Below, one piece after another: positions 39,001-51,671 of a DNA stretch of 64,000 nucleotides. Under the pieces are notes generated by a model. It saw only the letters and a list, made by a program, of their open reading frames with translations. It was not told where the DNA came from and ran no database searches. Numbering within the stretch: the first letter of the stretch is position 1; every line of letters starts with the position of its first letter. The position numbers were made by a program, and so were the translations under genes. The DNA is from Lytechinus pictus (Eukaryota), in the NCBI RefSeq assembly GCF_037042905.1, contig NC_087248.1, positions 11,036,001-11,100,000 on the forward strand, read 5' to 3'.

Positions 39001-39302
39001 TTAGGTAATAATTAACAAGGATATCCCAATCATTTTATGTCAATTTTCTTCTCTTTCTTACCCTAAGTCTTTATTTCCAATTTTAGGGCAGTTCTGGTTA
39101 AATATATATTCTCAAATACTTGTTTTCACTATATCGACCTATTATGCAAATTTATGCAAATTACTTGCTTATTTGCATAGATACAGCGTGTCTCTTTGGA
39201 TGAATCCTTTTCTTTTGACTCAATGAACATTTGTGCCAAGTGGGACATTTGTACTAAAAAATGCAGCGTTCACCCCTTTTTTTGCAGTTAACAAGTCTAC
39301 TA
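36074..39302. mobile_element. 3.2-kb non-autonomous DNA transposon with ~965-bp TIRs (Academ-like ends) in stefin intron 2
   Basis: ttc|TAGTAGACTTGTTAA...TTAACAAGTCTACTA|ttc. Arms at about 36074-37038 and 38338-39302 are highly similar. Inner inverted repeat at 37041-37266 / 37499-37727. No transposase ORF. Confidence 0.9.
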
Positions 39303-40189
39303 TTCTAGGTACATGTGTGTAAAACATGTCTCCCCTGTCATGAAATAATTTCAACAATGATTGTTTAACACAGGAAATTAGTAGTCAAGAACTTGAAGGT
39401 GTAAATCAATAATTATGATTTCATAATGCAAATTTTTACAATGTAATTTGTTATTCTTTTTCTGATTTTAATTAAATTTTCAGTGTTTTGTTCAAGTCAG
39501 ATATTAGATCTGCAGATAGATATTCCAAATTTACGATGGCATATAATAAAATGACATAAAAATCACTTAATTTTCGGTCTGGAGAACTTCTTTAATTCAA
39601 AATGGTGGTTAATAGAAGAATCTGTCCTATAGTATTGCTTTAAAACATTGGTTCAGATTTTCACTCTAGAGCTGAAAATATTTCCCATGAGGCATTTTCA
39701 TGTGGATGCAATGTATCTTCTAAAGCTATAATTCACACTGTATGAAAAAAGAATCAGAAGATTTTACAGAATAATAAATATTAGCTCAGTAGTTTCCTTA
39801 TTTAAATATTCTTCCCAAGTTCCCATACTTTACTAAACTATTCATTCATTATTTTCATTCAGAGTGAAACACCATTTTGTAGGAATATACATGTATATAG
39901 CTAGTCTGGAAAAGCAGTGAATAATATACCGCAATGAAAAAAAATGCTTGGTATTTTTAGGGTAATTCATGTAGTATTGTTGAAGTAACTATTCTCATTA
40001 TTTATCTGCACATAATTTTCATTTCTTAGTTTGAATTCATCTGATTTTTTTCAGTCCTTTTTTAAATGTAGTTCTTTTTTTGTTATTAAAAAAAAAATTG
40101 TCATGTAATTTTTTTAATGAGTATTTTTTGTGTCATTCTATGCTCTTCTTCCCTCTCTCTACTACCCCCATCTCTCTCTCCCTCCCCAG

Positions 40190-40318
40190 GCCAACACCGG
40201 TGGCACTGGTGACAAAAGATATGTTGTCATTCGCCTGCACAAGTCATTCGGTGGTGATGTGACTGTCCACAGTATCCAGGTCGATAAGACAGAGGCGGAT
40301 CCTATTACATATTTCTAG
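40190..40318 (+). CDS. Stefin coding exon 3 (terminal)
   Basis: Polypyrimidine tract + cag|ANTGGTGDKRYVVIRLHKSFGGDVTVHSIQVDKTEADPITYF*. Typical stefin KT..DPITYF end; AATAAA near 40650. Confidence 0.96.
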   Translation, partial: ANTGGTGDKRYVVIRLHKSFGGDVTVHSIQVDKTEADPITYF

Positions 40319-43091
40319 ATTCTTAAATTATATTCTTCATTAATATTCAGACTCATCAATATCTCCAGCATGTTTTAAATACCAACAAACTTCAATTGCC
40401 TAAATCATAAATTGTTAATTTTGCTGTCAATATGTTAATAAGCATTGCACAACACACACACAAAAAGCCTATGGAATCTTTTTCCATTGAATTATGGCCA
40501 TCATAGGGTTATATTAAGCAGTAGTAGAAATCAAAATCTATTGCAGAGAAGTTTTTATGTGAATCTGTTGTACGGTTTTTCAAAATACCTCTATATCTGT
40601 CTTGTATTATTAAAATGATTATATTGGGTGATTTCCTCCAAATATTCATAATAAAAGCGATCCATGATCCATTGGAATATTTCAGAAAACTTATGCAGTT
40701 TTAATCGTCTCTAAATTGTGCTTTCTTGACCAAGACCCTTTTCAAATATGATCAAGTATATCAAAATAACACATTCATTGTGTTAACTACTACATACATT
40801 TACCTCTAATAACATTTAAGCTGTGTCTGTTGTGGATTTACATTTGTATGTCATCACTGTTGTAATTTGATAAATGTGATTTCCTGGTAGATAAGATTGT
40901 GGGAATGTTTTCAACTTCTCATATTACATTTTACATCTAAAGCAAGGATGGCATTGCATGCATTTTAGTATGTGTCAAGGGCTTGTGGCAAGAGGGGGGG
41001 GGGCAGCAAGGTACTCTAAGTGTTTTATAATCTACCATCTGTTTTTCAACTGCAAGTACAATATGTTTCGCTGGCTTTGCTGCTTTTTCATTCGGGCTGA
41101 CCACATCTCTTTTCATCAGACATTGAGAATCAGGATTATTTTTACCAAAGCATGATAACTGACATACATGTATGCACTTAAGATTGATGGTTATCTTCAT
41201 TCAGTAATTTTTATCTTTGTTTATGAATTTCTCTCTACAACTTGATCTACTTCTGCTCATGTATGTTCAAAATTGCGTACATGTACAGTGTACTGTACAT
41301 GTATTTGTACAGTTTTTATTTAGGGTTTCCAACGCTTGGATTTGTCGCATGCTGAACTATATTTCAATATTTAATATACATCTAAAATGAAAGTGAAACA
41401 AGCAACTCCCCACATATACATGGCAAGGTATGCTGTTTGTGAATATGATGATTTCAATCATATTCAACAGGAGTTGACAATTTAGCATAAATAAAAACCT
41501 GGATTATATAGTAGTTACATGAAATAAAACTGAAACCATTTTTTGTATCCCTCAGCATATGATTGCAAAGTGGGCTGTTTAGATAAAAATATGATGGCCT
41601 CGTGTCACCCTACTGTAGTCAATAATAAAATCATAAAACCATCTGAACTTTAATCTACAAAGAGCTTCCATATCCCATTTTCTACATAGTTTTGAAATCT
41701 TTAGAGCCATTACATAGTAATTTAAACCAATATACTCTGGTAATTTTGAATCAGGTTAGCATGTCTCTGTTGTGAAAACTATTTTTCAGGTATATGTCTA
41801 TTCTCTTGAATAAATCAATATGCAATATGTCAAAATGAATGCATGATGGAAAAAAAAGAAATTTCTATATATTTTATACTCTCAACTTTCATACCATTTC
41901 CATATATGCACTGTATTATCTCCGTGATTGGTCAAAAGAATAGAATTTGATTGTTGTCTTCTGTTCTTGTTGTTGAAAAAAGTACAACTTTGTTTTTAAT
42001 TTTAAATGTATAGAATCTTCTTATATGGATACAATAAACTTATTTCAGCTTTATACCAGTTTTCATTGTTATTTTTTATTTTTTTACTTGTGTGTACATC
42101 ATGTTTTACACAAGCTACCTACCGTGTATCAGCACGAGGAAAGGATTGGCACGAGGGAAATTGGGAGCTGGTCCGTCTAGCTTCCTTCTATCTGTGGTAT
42201 AATGTGCCAAAACTTTTGAGGGCCAGAATCGGCTGATGGAGGAAAAAAATGCAAGTGGGCGAAGTAATCAAGACAAATTTTATACCTCTTTAATAATTTT
42301 TTTGTTGTTGAAAGAATATTCAGAAAATGATATATTTCACTACTTTTCTTTCTTTTCCCTCTTTCTTTCTTCGTAAAAATGTTGGGGCCATGACCCCAAC
42401 CCCCCCCCCCACCATCTGAATGCCACTGCCCTCAACATCCAATCTTGACTACCCAATCTGCTATTAACTTGAAAATAAATTTTGTGGGAATATGTTGTGT
42501 ACATTTATTTCTCAACAACCTCTCCTACATTTATAATGCATCCCAGTAAAAAAAAAACATTTGAGAATATTTTTTTTTTCGTAAATTTGATAACACATAT
42601 TCCCCTTTTTCATTAGCCATTTATTGTTTTTGAAAAACTGTTCATTCTCTAATCATGAAAAATTAAATCTGTATTGCATGCATAATATGCAAATTATGGC
42701 ATTTAAATATAATAAAGTGAGAATAGGAACAACTAATTTGACTGGGGTATCTGAATAAAAGCACTTTTCGAGTAAGTTCATTTTCTGCCTTTCGACATGA
42801 CACTTCAATGAAAAAAAATGACCAAGGGTAATTAAAGCTCCATCAGTTTAAAGTAATGCTTGCATTTAAATTATGTTTCAAAATGAAGATATTTGTCACT
42901 GCAGTTAGTCAGTTCTCAATCAGGACTCCTGATTTGCCAAGATAAGCCCTGCATCAAATCTTTAGCACAGTAACTAAATGCTATTGCAGGCAGCCAGTGA
43001 AAATGAGTTTGTTTCATGGGCATTATGAAAATGAAATCACTGCAGAAAATAGACTTTCTGAATGTGTGATTTTCTCGTATAAACTCAGATA

Positions 43092-43490
43092 CCGAATTCA
43101 CGAGGGTGGTTTTCAAAACCTATGGTTGAGTCCATGGTTTATGCAGATATCCTGCATAAATGACGCTTATTTTAGCGCATATTGGGCGCGTGTATACAAA
43201 ATTCCAATGCTGATGCGCGTTTTGGTCACATTGCGGCAAATTGAAGCCTGTTACCATGGTTAGATACAATATTTTATTCAGGAGTCTACTGTTTGAAGAG
43301 TGGAATAAAATAGCGTGGATAACCACGGCAATCGGGCAATGGGCGTCAATTTGGCGCACTGACAAAAACGCGCATCAGCATTGGACATTTTTTAATATAC
43401 GCGGTAAAATAAGCGTAATTTATGCAGGAAATCTGCATAAACCATGGACTCAACCGTGGGTTTTCAAAATCACCTTTGTGAATTCGGGCC
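43092..43490. mobile_element. Fold-back MITE
   Basis: CCGAATTCAC...GGTTGAGTCCATGGTTTATGCAGAT is inverted at ATCTGCATAAACCATGGACTCAACC...GTGAATTCGG. The near-duplicate peptides in ORFs 43120(-) and 43241(+) reflect this. Confidence 0.85.
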
Positions 43491-44118
43491 TAAATTTTTT
43501 TTGTTCATCCATGCATGCATTATGCACATGTGAAGATGAAAGAAGATGATCCAGGGTTAACAATGTGTGAACTTCATTTCTGATTTAAGTACCATAAATA
43601 ATTAATAATTCCCAATTTCTTTTTTTGGGGGGGATGCACGGTATAATCAAAATCTGCTCGAACTTCCAGAATCCGTTTCTCTCAGTTCCCATATTTTAAT
43701 TAAAGCGCCATGTCATAATTCAGAGATGCATCTTTCCTGTAGGATTCCAGCAAGCACCTATTATAGATCATCACAATCACCATTGACAAAATAATGGGGA
43801 CTGCAGGAAAACTGCAATGGAAAGACGCATGGAATCCTTATAGCTGCAGGCACAGACCCCTGGTTTTGGCAAAGTGCATAATGCAGAGTCTGAAGTAGTA
43901 AGACTAGATTCACTATGTACTGTGGCTGACACAGACAGAGTCCTTGGAGTCTAGTCTTCACTCTAGACCTGTCATTGGTTGAAGTGTCAAACAACATGAG
44001 TCTGTGCTTGCAGACTACGGGATTCCTACTCAAAGACTTCAACAAGTTGCATCTTTTTGTCGGAATGAGATCACTCCTTTTGAATAACAAATTACCAAAA
44101 CTAATAGCGAACCATTAA

Positions 44119-44888
44119 CCCTAACTAGGCCGGGCTTTTTTGGCTGTTCTGTGGCCGGGGGGGGGGGGGGGTTGATTCAACCCCCCCCCTGAGATCTCGG
44201 CCGCCGATCGCGCGAGCGCCGCAAAAATTTGCATGCTGGTAGTGCGCGGTATAATCTACAAGGCTGTATGGTAAAATTTTCCAAAATAATGAGATTTTAT
44301 TTTATATGAATTAATTATGCTAATTTATGCATAAATCATACTTTTTGCTCTAATTCACTAAATAAAGCTCCTAGAATGCTAATTTTTGGTAAAAATATTC
44401 TTTGTAGCATTCTTAACAATGGCAATTGAAAAAAACTTCGGTTTGGAAATCAATTTCTTATGTATTTTATTGTTTTATGAATTTCTTATGTATTTCTTTG
44501 TTTTTCAACCTTTTGTTTTTCTTTGTTTTTTTCACCAGATTTATTGCACAACCTTTTTGAAGCATAATTATGCTAAAATCAATTGCTTTCAGCTGTTTAA
44601 AGTAAAAATAATCATATCTTTATGAATAAGATGAGAAAACTCAATTTGCATTGACTTTGAACACAAAATCACGTTTTGGAACAATTTTTGGTTTGACATG
44701 CACTTACAAAATGTTGCGTAATTTCGGAACCGCGTACCCGGGCGTCGTAAATTTGGTCTCAAAAGATGCGCGAGACTTAAAAGTATAAACTCTGCGAGTG
44801 GCGCGGTCAAAAAATTTCGCGCGGCAGAATGATCGCAGAAAATGTTGAGGGGGGGGTTGATTCAACCCCCCCCCCGGCCATTTTAGGG
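44119..44888. mobile_element. Non-autonomous piggyBac-like element
   Basis: TTAA|CCCTAA..GGCCGG...CCGGCCATTTTAGGG|TTAA, with the palindromic GGGGGTTGATTCAACCCCC motif near both ends. Confidence 0.85.
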
Positions 44889-46160
44889 TTAAACAAAACA
44901 ATAAAAAATAGTAGGACACAAGGTAAATACATGAACATTGAATGGTTGTATATTACAAAGTTATTTTTATTTGTCATAACGTATCCAATACGAATGCCTA
45001 TGTATGCACAGAGATATAATCAGTAATCGGGATACATTTGAATACATGCAAATTGTCCTTTTTTATTCAAATCCACTTGCTCTCGGGTGAATTTGGCCTT
45101 GCTGCATGAATCAGAATAAGAGTAAATAGTACAGGGAAATAAAAGCATAATCAATGTTGAGACATTTTGGACTACCCTGAGTCAAAACACAGATGTATGA
45201 AGTGAATTTTAGAGTACAAAATACATTTATTTGCACCCTTTGACATTTTTTTTCTGAGCATCTATCAACGATGATCACCTCAAAGAAAAGAGCCGAAGGA
45301 CCAGCGACTCTATGTCCTCTCAGAGGGACCTTGTGATTGAGGGATAATAACTTTTAAGAGGATATTTATTTTAACACATCAACATGGTATTGAACCCGGG
45401 ACTCCATGTTAATGAGACCACTGCTATCAAAGGATTAGGATTAGGGTAAGTTTTTAGGTGTTGTAGATTCTTAAGAGCACTTGTCGATGGACAAGTGTCA
45501 TAATTTTTTTTTCTCTTTAAAGTTATATGAAATAATGCAAGATTTCTGAATTCGTAAAAGCAAAGTGTGCTTTTCACCATACAGGTATGCTTCTATCTTT
45601 CCATGAGAACAAATTTATATTCTGACATTTCAAATAAAATGGCCTGGAGTGGATGGTACCCCCCCCCTCCCTTCAATGACAGAAAGTAGCACTAGCCCTA
45701 GATTAAAAAAAAATACTTTTCTTCCCCTTTAAATCTGACTGCTTGATTTTTATTTGGGTTTTTCACAATCCACTCATCCAAATGATCTCTCCAACACATC
45801 CTGACTGAGAGTCAAAGAGGGGTTACAGTGTCCACAACTACAATAATTCCCACCGGAGCTTTACAGTCTACATGTATACCAGTCCACTCCGCCCGGCAAA
45901 CTGATACAAGATCTCTAAAAGCAAACTTACACCTGGCGCACACTAGGCGACGGGATTGCCCTAAGAAATATACCTCCTACCTCTTTAATCTCCTCTGCAT
46001 CATTTTTTTTAACAATCCAGTCATTCAATCATATTCCTTCCTGATCCATGCATATGATACCCATCAGTTGGTTCAGAATGTCAATTAGGGACTTTGGCAT
46101 CCACCTCAAATCCCCACTAGAGCATGAGAGTCCAAATTAATCCATTCCACTCGCAAACTG

Positions 46161-46418
46161 CTATGAGCCAGCACTAGACTTCTTCTTCCGCTTCAGGCTC
46201 TGGACATGCCTCTCAAACTCCTCCTTGATCATCGCCCTCTCCTTGTTGCTATGGGAACTTGACCTGTATAGATTAAGAAGATCCATCTTCTCATAATCTG
46301 GAGTCCACCACTTCTTGCCCTCCTCTATCCTCTCCTCGGAGAGCACCTCCGTCATGTCGATTCCTTGGAAACCATACCGCTCCCATCGCTTGTGCCATGG
46401 CTTGGGTTTCATCTTCAC
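46161..46418 (-). CDS. MRPL19: MRPL19 exon 5 (terminal)
   Basis: tag|VKMKPKPWHKRWER...WWTPDYEKMDLL...KKKSSAGS*. The five exons total 981 nt = 326 aa + stop. Confidence 0.95.
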   Translation of the reverse strand: MKMKPKPWHKRWERYGFQGIDMTEVLSEERIEEGKKWWTPDYEKMDLLNLYRSSSHSNKERAMIKEEFERHVQSLKRKKKSSAGS

Positions 46419-46899
46419 CTATGCAAGGAGATGGGTCAGAAAAAAAACAGGTGATCAGACGATTGTAACTTTACTTAAATAAAACTGAAATCCCATAGAC
46501 CTGTATTCTGAAGTTGGGTTTAATTCAAACTCTGGTTTGAAGATGTGGTTTAAGTATGGATAGCCAATAGTGGCATAAATCTCTAACAGTAGAATTCCAA
46601 TGTATCATCGCATTTTTGTCTCTCAAAACATTAACTGTTTCGTAAGGATAAATAAGATAGATTTCTTCACCATTCACAAGTTAGGAAAGACCACGGTAAA
46701 CATACATTTGTATATCACTGAGTTGTGTGCACAACTGTTTCATGAAACATATTAAAATGAAACTTTACAATGTCATAACTTCCTTATTTCAAATCTGATT
46801 TTGATGAAATTTTGAGCATTATGCTTGTTTGATTTTTCTCTTTTGATTCAAATCAACATTTTTCTGGCATGGAATTAACCGAACCCTTAACAAATACAG

Positions 46900-47200
46900 T
46901 AAATATAGAAAGGGAAATTATATGAGTGAGCAAGAACTTATCTTTATATAAAAGATCTTTACATATTTTTTCTCGATAGGAAGAGGGAGGGTGCAAGTTT
47001 CCAATGTTGAGAGGAAAAGAATGCCAAAGTCTAGGACCATCTAAATTAAGGGATTGTCTTAATTTGCACAGATTCATCAATGACTTTTCAGAAAAAAACT
47101 TGTTGATATCTAGGATAAGTTTAATTTATAAATAAGACAATCTGAAATTTAAATACATCATGGCAGATGGCTGGGTAAAGCCATTTGAAGAAAAGTATTC
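46900..47200 (-). mobile_element. Degenerate 3' fragment of a CR1/L2-type LINE
   Basis: Translation GPRLWHSFPLNI...YREKICKDLL resembles the GPxLWNSLP...FK..LK..L C-terminus of LINE ORF2. Confidence 0.55.
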
Positions 47201-48529
47201 TAGAATTAAAGTTTTTAATGGAAAAATGCAGTAATGATTACAAAGGCTTTGCATCAATAAGGCATGGCTGATTATAAGGTCAGATAAATCATTATGCTCA
47301 TCACACCTGCTTATGTTTCCTGCAAACTCGAGGAGGGGAATATTTGTTTATTCTTTGATCATAGATTTACAATAAGAAAAAATAAACAGTCTTCATTTAT
47401 GCACCTTTCTACCTGACTGACGTGCGCTGACGTCGCTTCTTTTTAGCTCCATTTTTTGCTTATTTTTCTGTCTTGATTTTTCTAATTTTAATTAATTTCT
47501 AGTTCAAACGGGCTGCAAACCCTTTTAGAAACTGTAGATTACCGTATTTTTATATATTTCACTCGCCAAAGGTGAAATTCTATCGCCAAAATATTTTACA
47601 TTTTCACACGTATTGTGCCACACCTCAGACGAGGCGCTCGCGAACTACTCCCCACTACAGTCGGGGTGGTTTTTCCTAGTGGTTCGTGTGTTGATTGGGG
47701 AGTTTTTCCCAGCATTGGTTATAACGTAGGCCTAGGCCTATTACGGTCTGATTTTATAATAGGTTTTCTACATTTTTAAGGTGTACATTTATATTGTATC
47801 AGTCTTCAGTGTGGTGATAATGTTTTTTGAAGTGATTTTACTGGATATTTAGAGTGTTTGTGTATTGGAATATCTTTGTAAGGTTGTGGAATTTGTGGTA
47901 TTTTGGGGTGTGTCTGGCACATGTTGGCGGCCATTTTTAAACTTTGCAACAACAATTATTTTAACAAGTCAAATAGATCTACTTTTAAATCAGCATTCAC
48001 TCCACATTTATCTCAACTTTTTTGCATTGCCTTGCATCTTCTCTGCATTCTGTGCATTGCTTGCATATTCTCTATCGAAATGAGCTACCCCAGGCCTTCA
48101 TGTTCTTTCCTTGTGGCAACCTTCATATGTATTGGCTTACGCCTCTTTTCGACAAGTCCCGCAGTGATGTTGGATGTTTTGGACAACCAGCTTTTGTTGG
48201 ACCACTGGACTGCTCCTCTTGCTAGCCATTCTCCTCTCAAGTTTGACTGCTGCCCGGTGAGTCTGTTCCATGTTTCATGTGTCAAAGAAACTTATTTTCT
48301 ATTCAAATTTACAACTTGAAATTTTTAGAGTACAAAGATGAAGAAACACTTCTTCAGATAAGCTAAAATTTGAATTTTGGCTTTTTGAAGACCAATTTAC
48401 TATTTGTTTTTATTTCCCTGATGACTTATTGGTAGTTTTGGGGTGGTTGTTCACATATTTTTGTAAGAATGTGCTAAAAGATTTAAGTGTTTGGGAAATA
48501 ATTGGCTTGAGCACAAATCCTTCATTTAC

Positions 48530-48717
48530 CTTCACATCGTTGACAGGAACTGGTTTGCCCGGAGGATGTTTGATTGTTGTCATGTCAGGATCTATGGTGC
48601 TGTACTCAGGCAAGGCATCTCGCAGGTAGAGGAGGTTGCGATCTAGCCTCTTCTCAAGTTTGATAACCTCAATCTTTTTGATGAGGGGGTTGTACAGTTC
48701 ATAGTTGATCTCAATAC
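48530..48717 (-). CDS. MRPL19: MRPL19 exon 4
   Basis: cag|[63 protein letters not shown]|gtaaat. Confidence 0.97.
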
Positions 48718-49153
48718 CTGGATATCAGATGATACAATTATTGTGTTGTAACGGTATAGTGACAAGTGAATGTATACATTTTGATGATTAAGAATATGAT
48801 TTCTAATTTTCTATCATTTCATTAATTTGACTTAACTGTAAATACTTTTGAGTGGTGAGTTTGATTCAAGAATTTCCCATTTTGGAAGAACTTGGACCAC
48901 AACTAAGCAAAATATTATCTTAAGTTCCTTTTTCTTAAAACTGAATACAGATACATTGAAAAACATAATGAACTATAAACCTTCTTGATATAAAGACTTT
49001 TAAAAAAATGCATTATTTTTGAGTCCCCACAATACAGTCTAAATACACTTTTGTTACATAGATCTGGAGAATAAACATTTACATTTAAATTAATATCAGT
49101 TACTTCCTACACCACTGTCTGTAAAATTCTATAATTCCTGATGAAATACTAAC

Positions 49154-49288
49154 CTTGATCATCTATGCAATTCCGTAGCTTAAAACTGGCACCAAGTCCG
49201 TAGTTTTTCCTTTCAATACAGATGCCAACAAAACGATTTTCCTTTCCTGGAGCATACGGGTCAGACACTGTTACGGCTAGGATTGAAC
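49154..49288 (-). CDS. MRPL19: MRPL19 exon 3
   Basis: aag|[46 protein letters not shown]|gttagt. 135 nt; L19 core. Confidence 0.97.
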
Positions 49289-49614
49289 CTTCATTGAGGG
49301 GAGAGAGAAAATCATGGACTTGTGTGTTACACAGTACTCATCATAATACTTTAAGCCTTAGGTATGATACAAACTTTCCAAGTAAGAAACCAAACTGTTT
49401 TAAGCAGAAAGTAATATTCGTATCTTCTTTGCCAAAGGAGCTCCAGATATGCTTGAAATAGCTATAAATTGATTCTTAAACACATCTTTAATTTTGCTTT
49501 TAAACAATTTGGCAGAGGGAAACTTCTTGGCCTCCTAAAGAGAGCTATTCTAATTTTATTTTTGGGGGGGTGGGGAGGGGTGGGCTGCAGTTGGGCAGGG
49601 AATAGATTTGATAT

Positions 49615-49870
49615 CAATGAGAAGGTATGAGAGATCTGAATAAGACAGTGAAGATGGAGGAAGGAAGCTGCAGGAAGAAAGTGATGGACACAGAGACTGA
49701 AGGAAAAAGACAGAAGGGATGGACCACAGTAAGGTTGGTCTGAGCAAGGAAGATGCTCAAGACAGAAAGAAGCGGAAGCAGGGAGTGTCATCATGGTGTA
49801 AGAGTCGGGGTTAGAGTCTTCATTAGACAGAAAATGCTGACCGTAATAAATGATGATGATTGATGATGAA
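49615..49870 (+). mobile_element. Degenerate 3' end of an RTE-clade LINE
   Basis: Frames give MEEGSCRKKVMDTETEGKRQKG and GLSKEDAQDRKK (RTE C-terminal G.R.RGRP / A.DR..WR pattern), followed by AATAAA and a (TGA)n tail. Confidence 0.7.
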
Positions 49871-50092
49871 TCTGCTTATATGTTATCCAAAAAGAAACCT
49901 CAGCCGATGGAGATTAACCCTAAGATTTATAGTAGTTGTTTATTTCTATTTTTTTCATACATTTCATTAAAAAATCAACAAATTTGCATGAAAACTTATA
50001 CAGTGAATTTATCTTTCCCTTTTTAATACAAAATATTATCAATATAACAAAATAAATAACACAAATATATATTGATTACAACATAACTCTAC

Positions 50093-50392
50093 CTTGATAA
50101 AACTCTGGAATATCCAGGACCTCTCGTCTATTGTAACAATCTTCCCTCTCCAGAAAGTCTTTCAGCGTACTCCTCTGCCCCATGGGAGGCATAAACTCAG
50201 GGCTGAAATACTTCCTCTCCTGCAGGGCCTCACCAACCTTCTTCCGCCGCGGTCCTCGGGTGGTGGCAGGTGCGTGCTGGGAGGGGAGTGGTTTTGTTGT
50301 AGGTTGGGTGGAGTCTTCAGGCTGGTTGGCATCAGTCGGTGAATGATCACTTTTGCCCGAGTCATCTGAACTAGCATAAGCTGATTTTGAGC
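50093..50392 (-). CDS. MRPL19: MRPL19 exon 2
   Basis: cag|...RKYFSPEFMPPMGQRSTLKDFLEREDCYNRREVLDIPEFYQ G|gtagag. 300 nt; SPEF and IPEFY motifs. Confidence 0.93.
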
Positions 50393-51145
50393 CTGTAGAG
50401 TCATGAAGAGAAATTTGAATTCATATTGCAAGTTTTTCAACACTGTTATTTTACTGGTAAAATTTCAAACAGTAAATAGGAAATTGTAATAAAGTATTAC
50501 TTTTACCAAGCAAAGCAAGGATGACATCAAAGCCTTGGCAAAAACACATTTTTTGCACAGTGAAACATATCTGTAAATCTCAGGACTTAAATTTCAATAT
50601 TTCTAGGGCAAGACCACTTTTAACATTTTATAGAGCACTTCTTTTTTCCGCACAAATGGGAAAAATAAAACAGGGCACAAAAATATCAAAGGCCAATGTC
50701 ACAAGAGGGGTATAGGGACCTATCAAAGAGCATCCAATGCTGTGGCCTTCCATTGCCTTAAATTAATTTAGGCACTGAAAGCAATACCCATGCACCAGAG
50801 CAGTAAGAAATTTGGGGGACCAAGGGGGTGGGCTTAATCAAATGTAACAACCTAGGGGTTCAATCAGAACTTCAGAAGTAAATTGAATCCTTTTCATTAT
50901 GAGAAATATCTAGATTCGTCAAATACAAGAGGATATCCTTTTTTACCAAATGAAATAGGACATAGAACAACAAAGTCAAGCTCTATTGTAGCTCTCTGAT
51001 GAAGATTCTATGTCTGGCACAAGTCACTAATGATGTCCTGGATTAGTAACCCCATTACCCCAAGTGTGCTAAAATAATGTTGACCAGTAATATTTGGCTT
51101 GTTTTCTCTCTATCTGGTGGATAAATTCTTGCTGTTGGGGACAGT

Positions 51146-51671
51146 CAGTATGGTAGGGGGTCCTAAAGCTGCGCGGGTCCTAAAGCTACGCACCACTCAT
51201 CGCGCATGCAGTTTTATGGCAAATGCGCACTCTGTGTGTGGAACTGTGACTGCAGAGTGACGAACGATTCCTATTCAATTTTTTCTACAGAGGCTGAAGT
51301 AAATCTCTAAATGCAGAGAAAACAAACAACTGTTTGGAATTTTGGAGTTATATTCGCTTTAATTTCATTTTATCCCATAATAATTTGAATATATTTTAGA
51401 AATTTAGGTACAGGAAATACTATTTTTTTGCATGATAAATCGAGTGCGTAGCTTTAGGACCCCTTCTACATCGGGCGGCGAAATCAAGAGGTGTTCAGAA
51501 AACACGGCGGGATTTTCGTATTAGTGAGTTTTGCGATATTTTCTTCTTGGTTAATGATCTTTAGAATGTTTGCCACAAATTAGTGAAAGATATTTGTTGA
51601 AATATTAAAATCGGCATAGTTTTCATCGTTTGAAAACAAAGTGCGTAGCTTTAGGTCCCCCCATCATACTA
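51146..51671. mobile_element. MITE with GGTCCTAAAGCTACGCAC repeats
   Basis: AGTATGGTAGGGGGTCCTAAAGCT... versus AGCTTTAGGTCCCCCCATCATACT; an internal copy at about 51444-51462. Confidence 0.75.
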
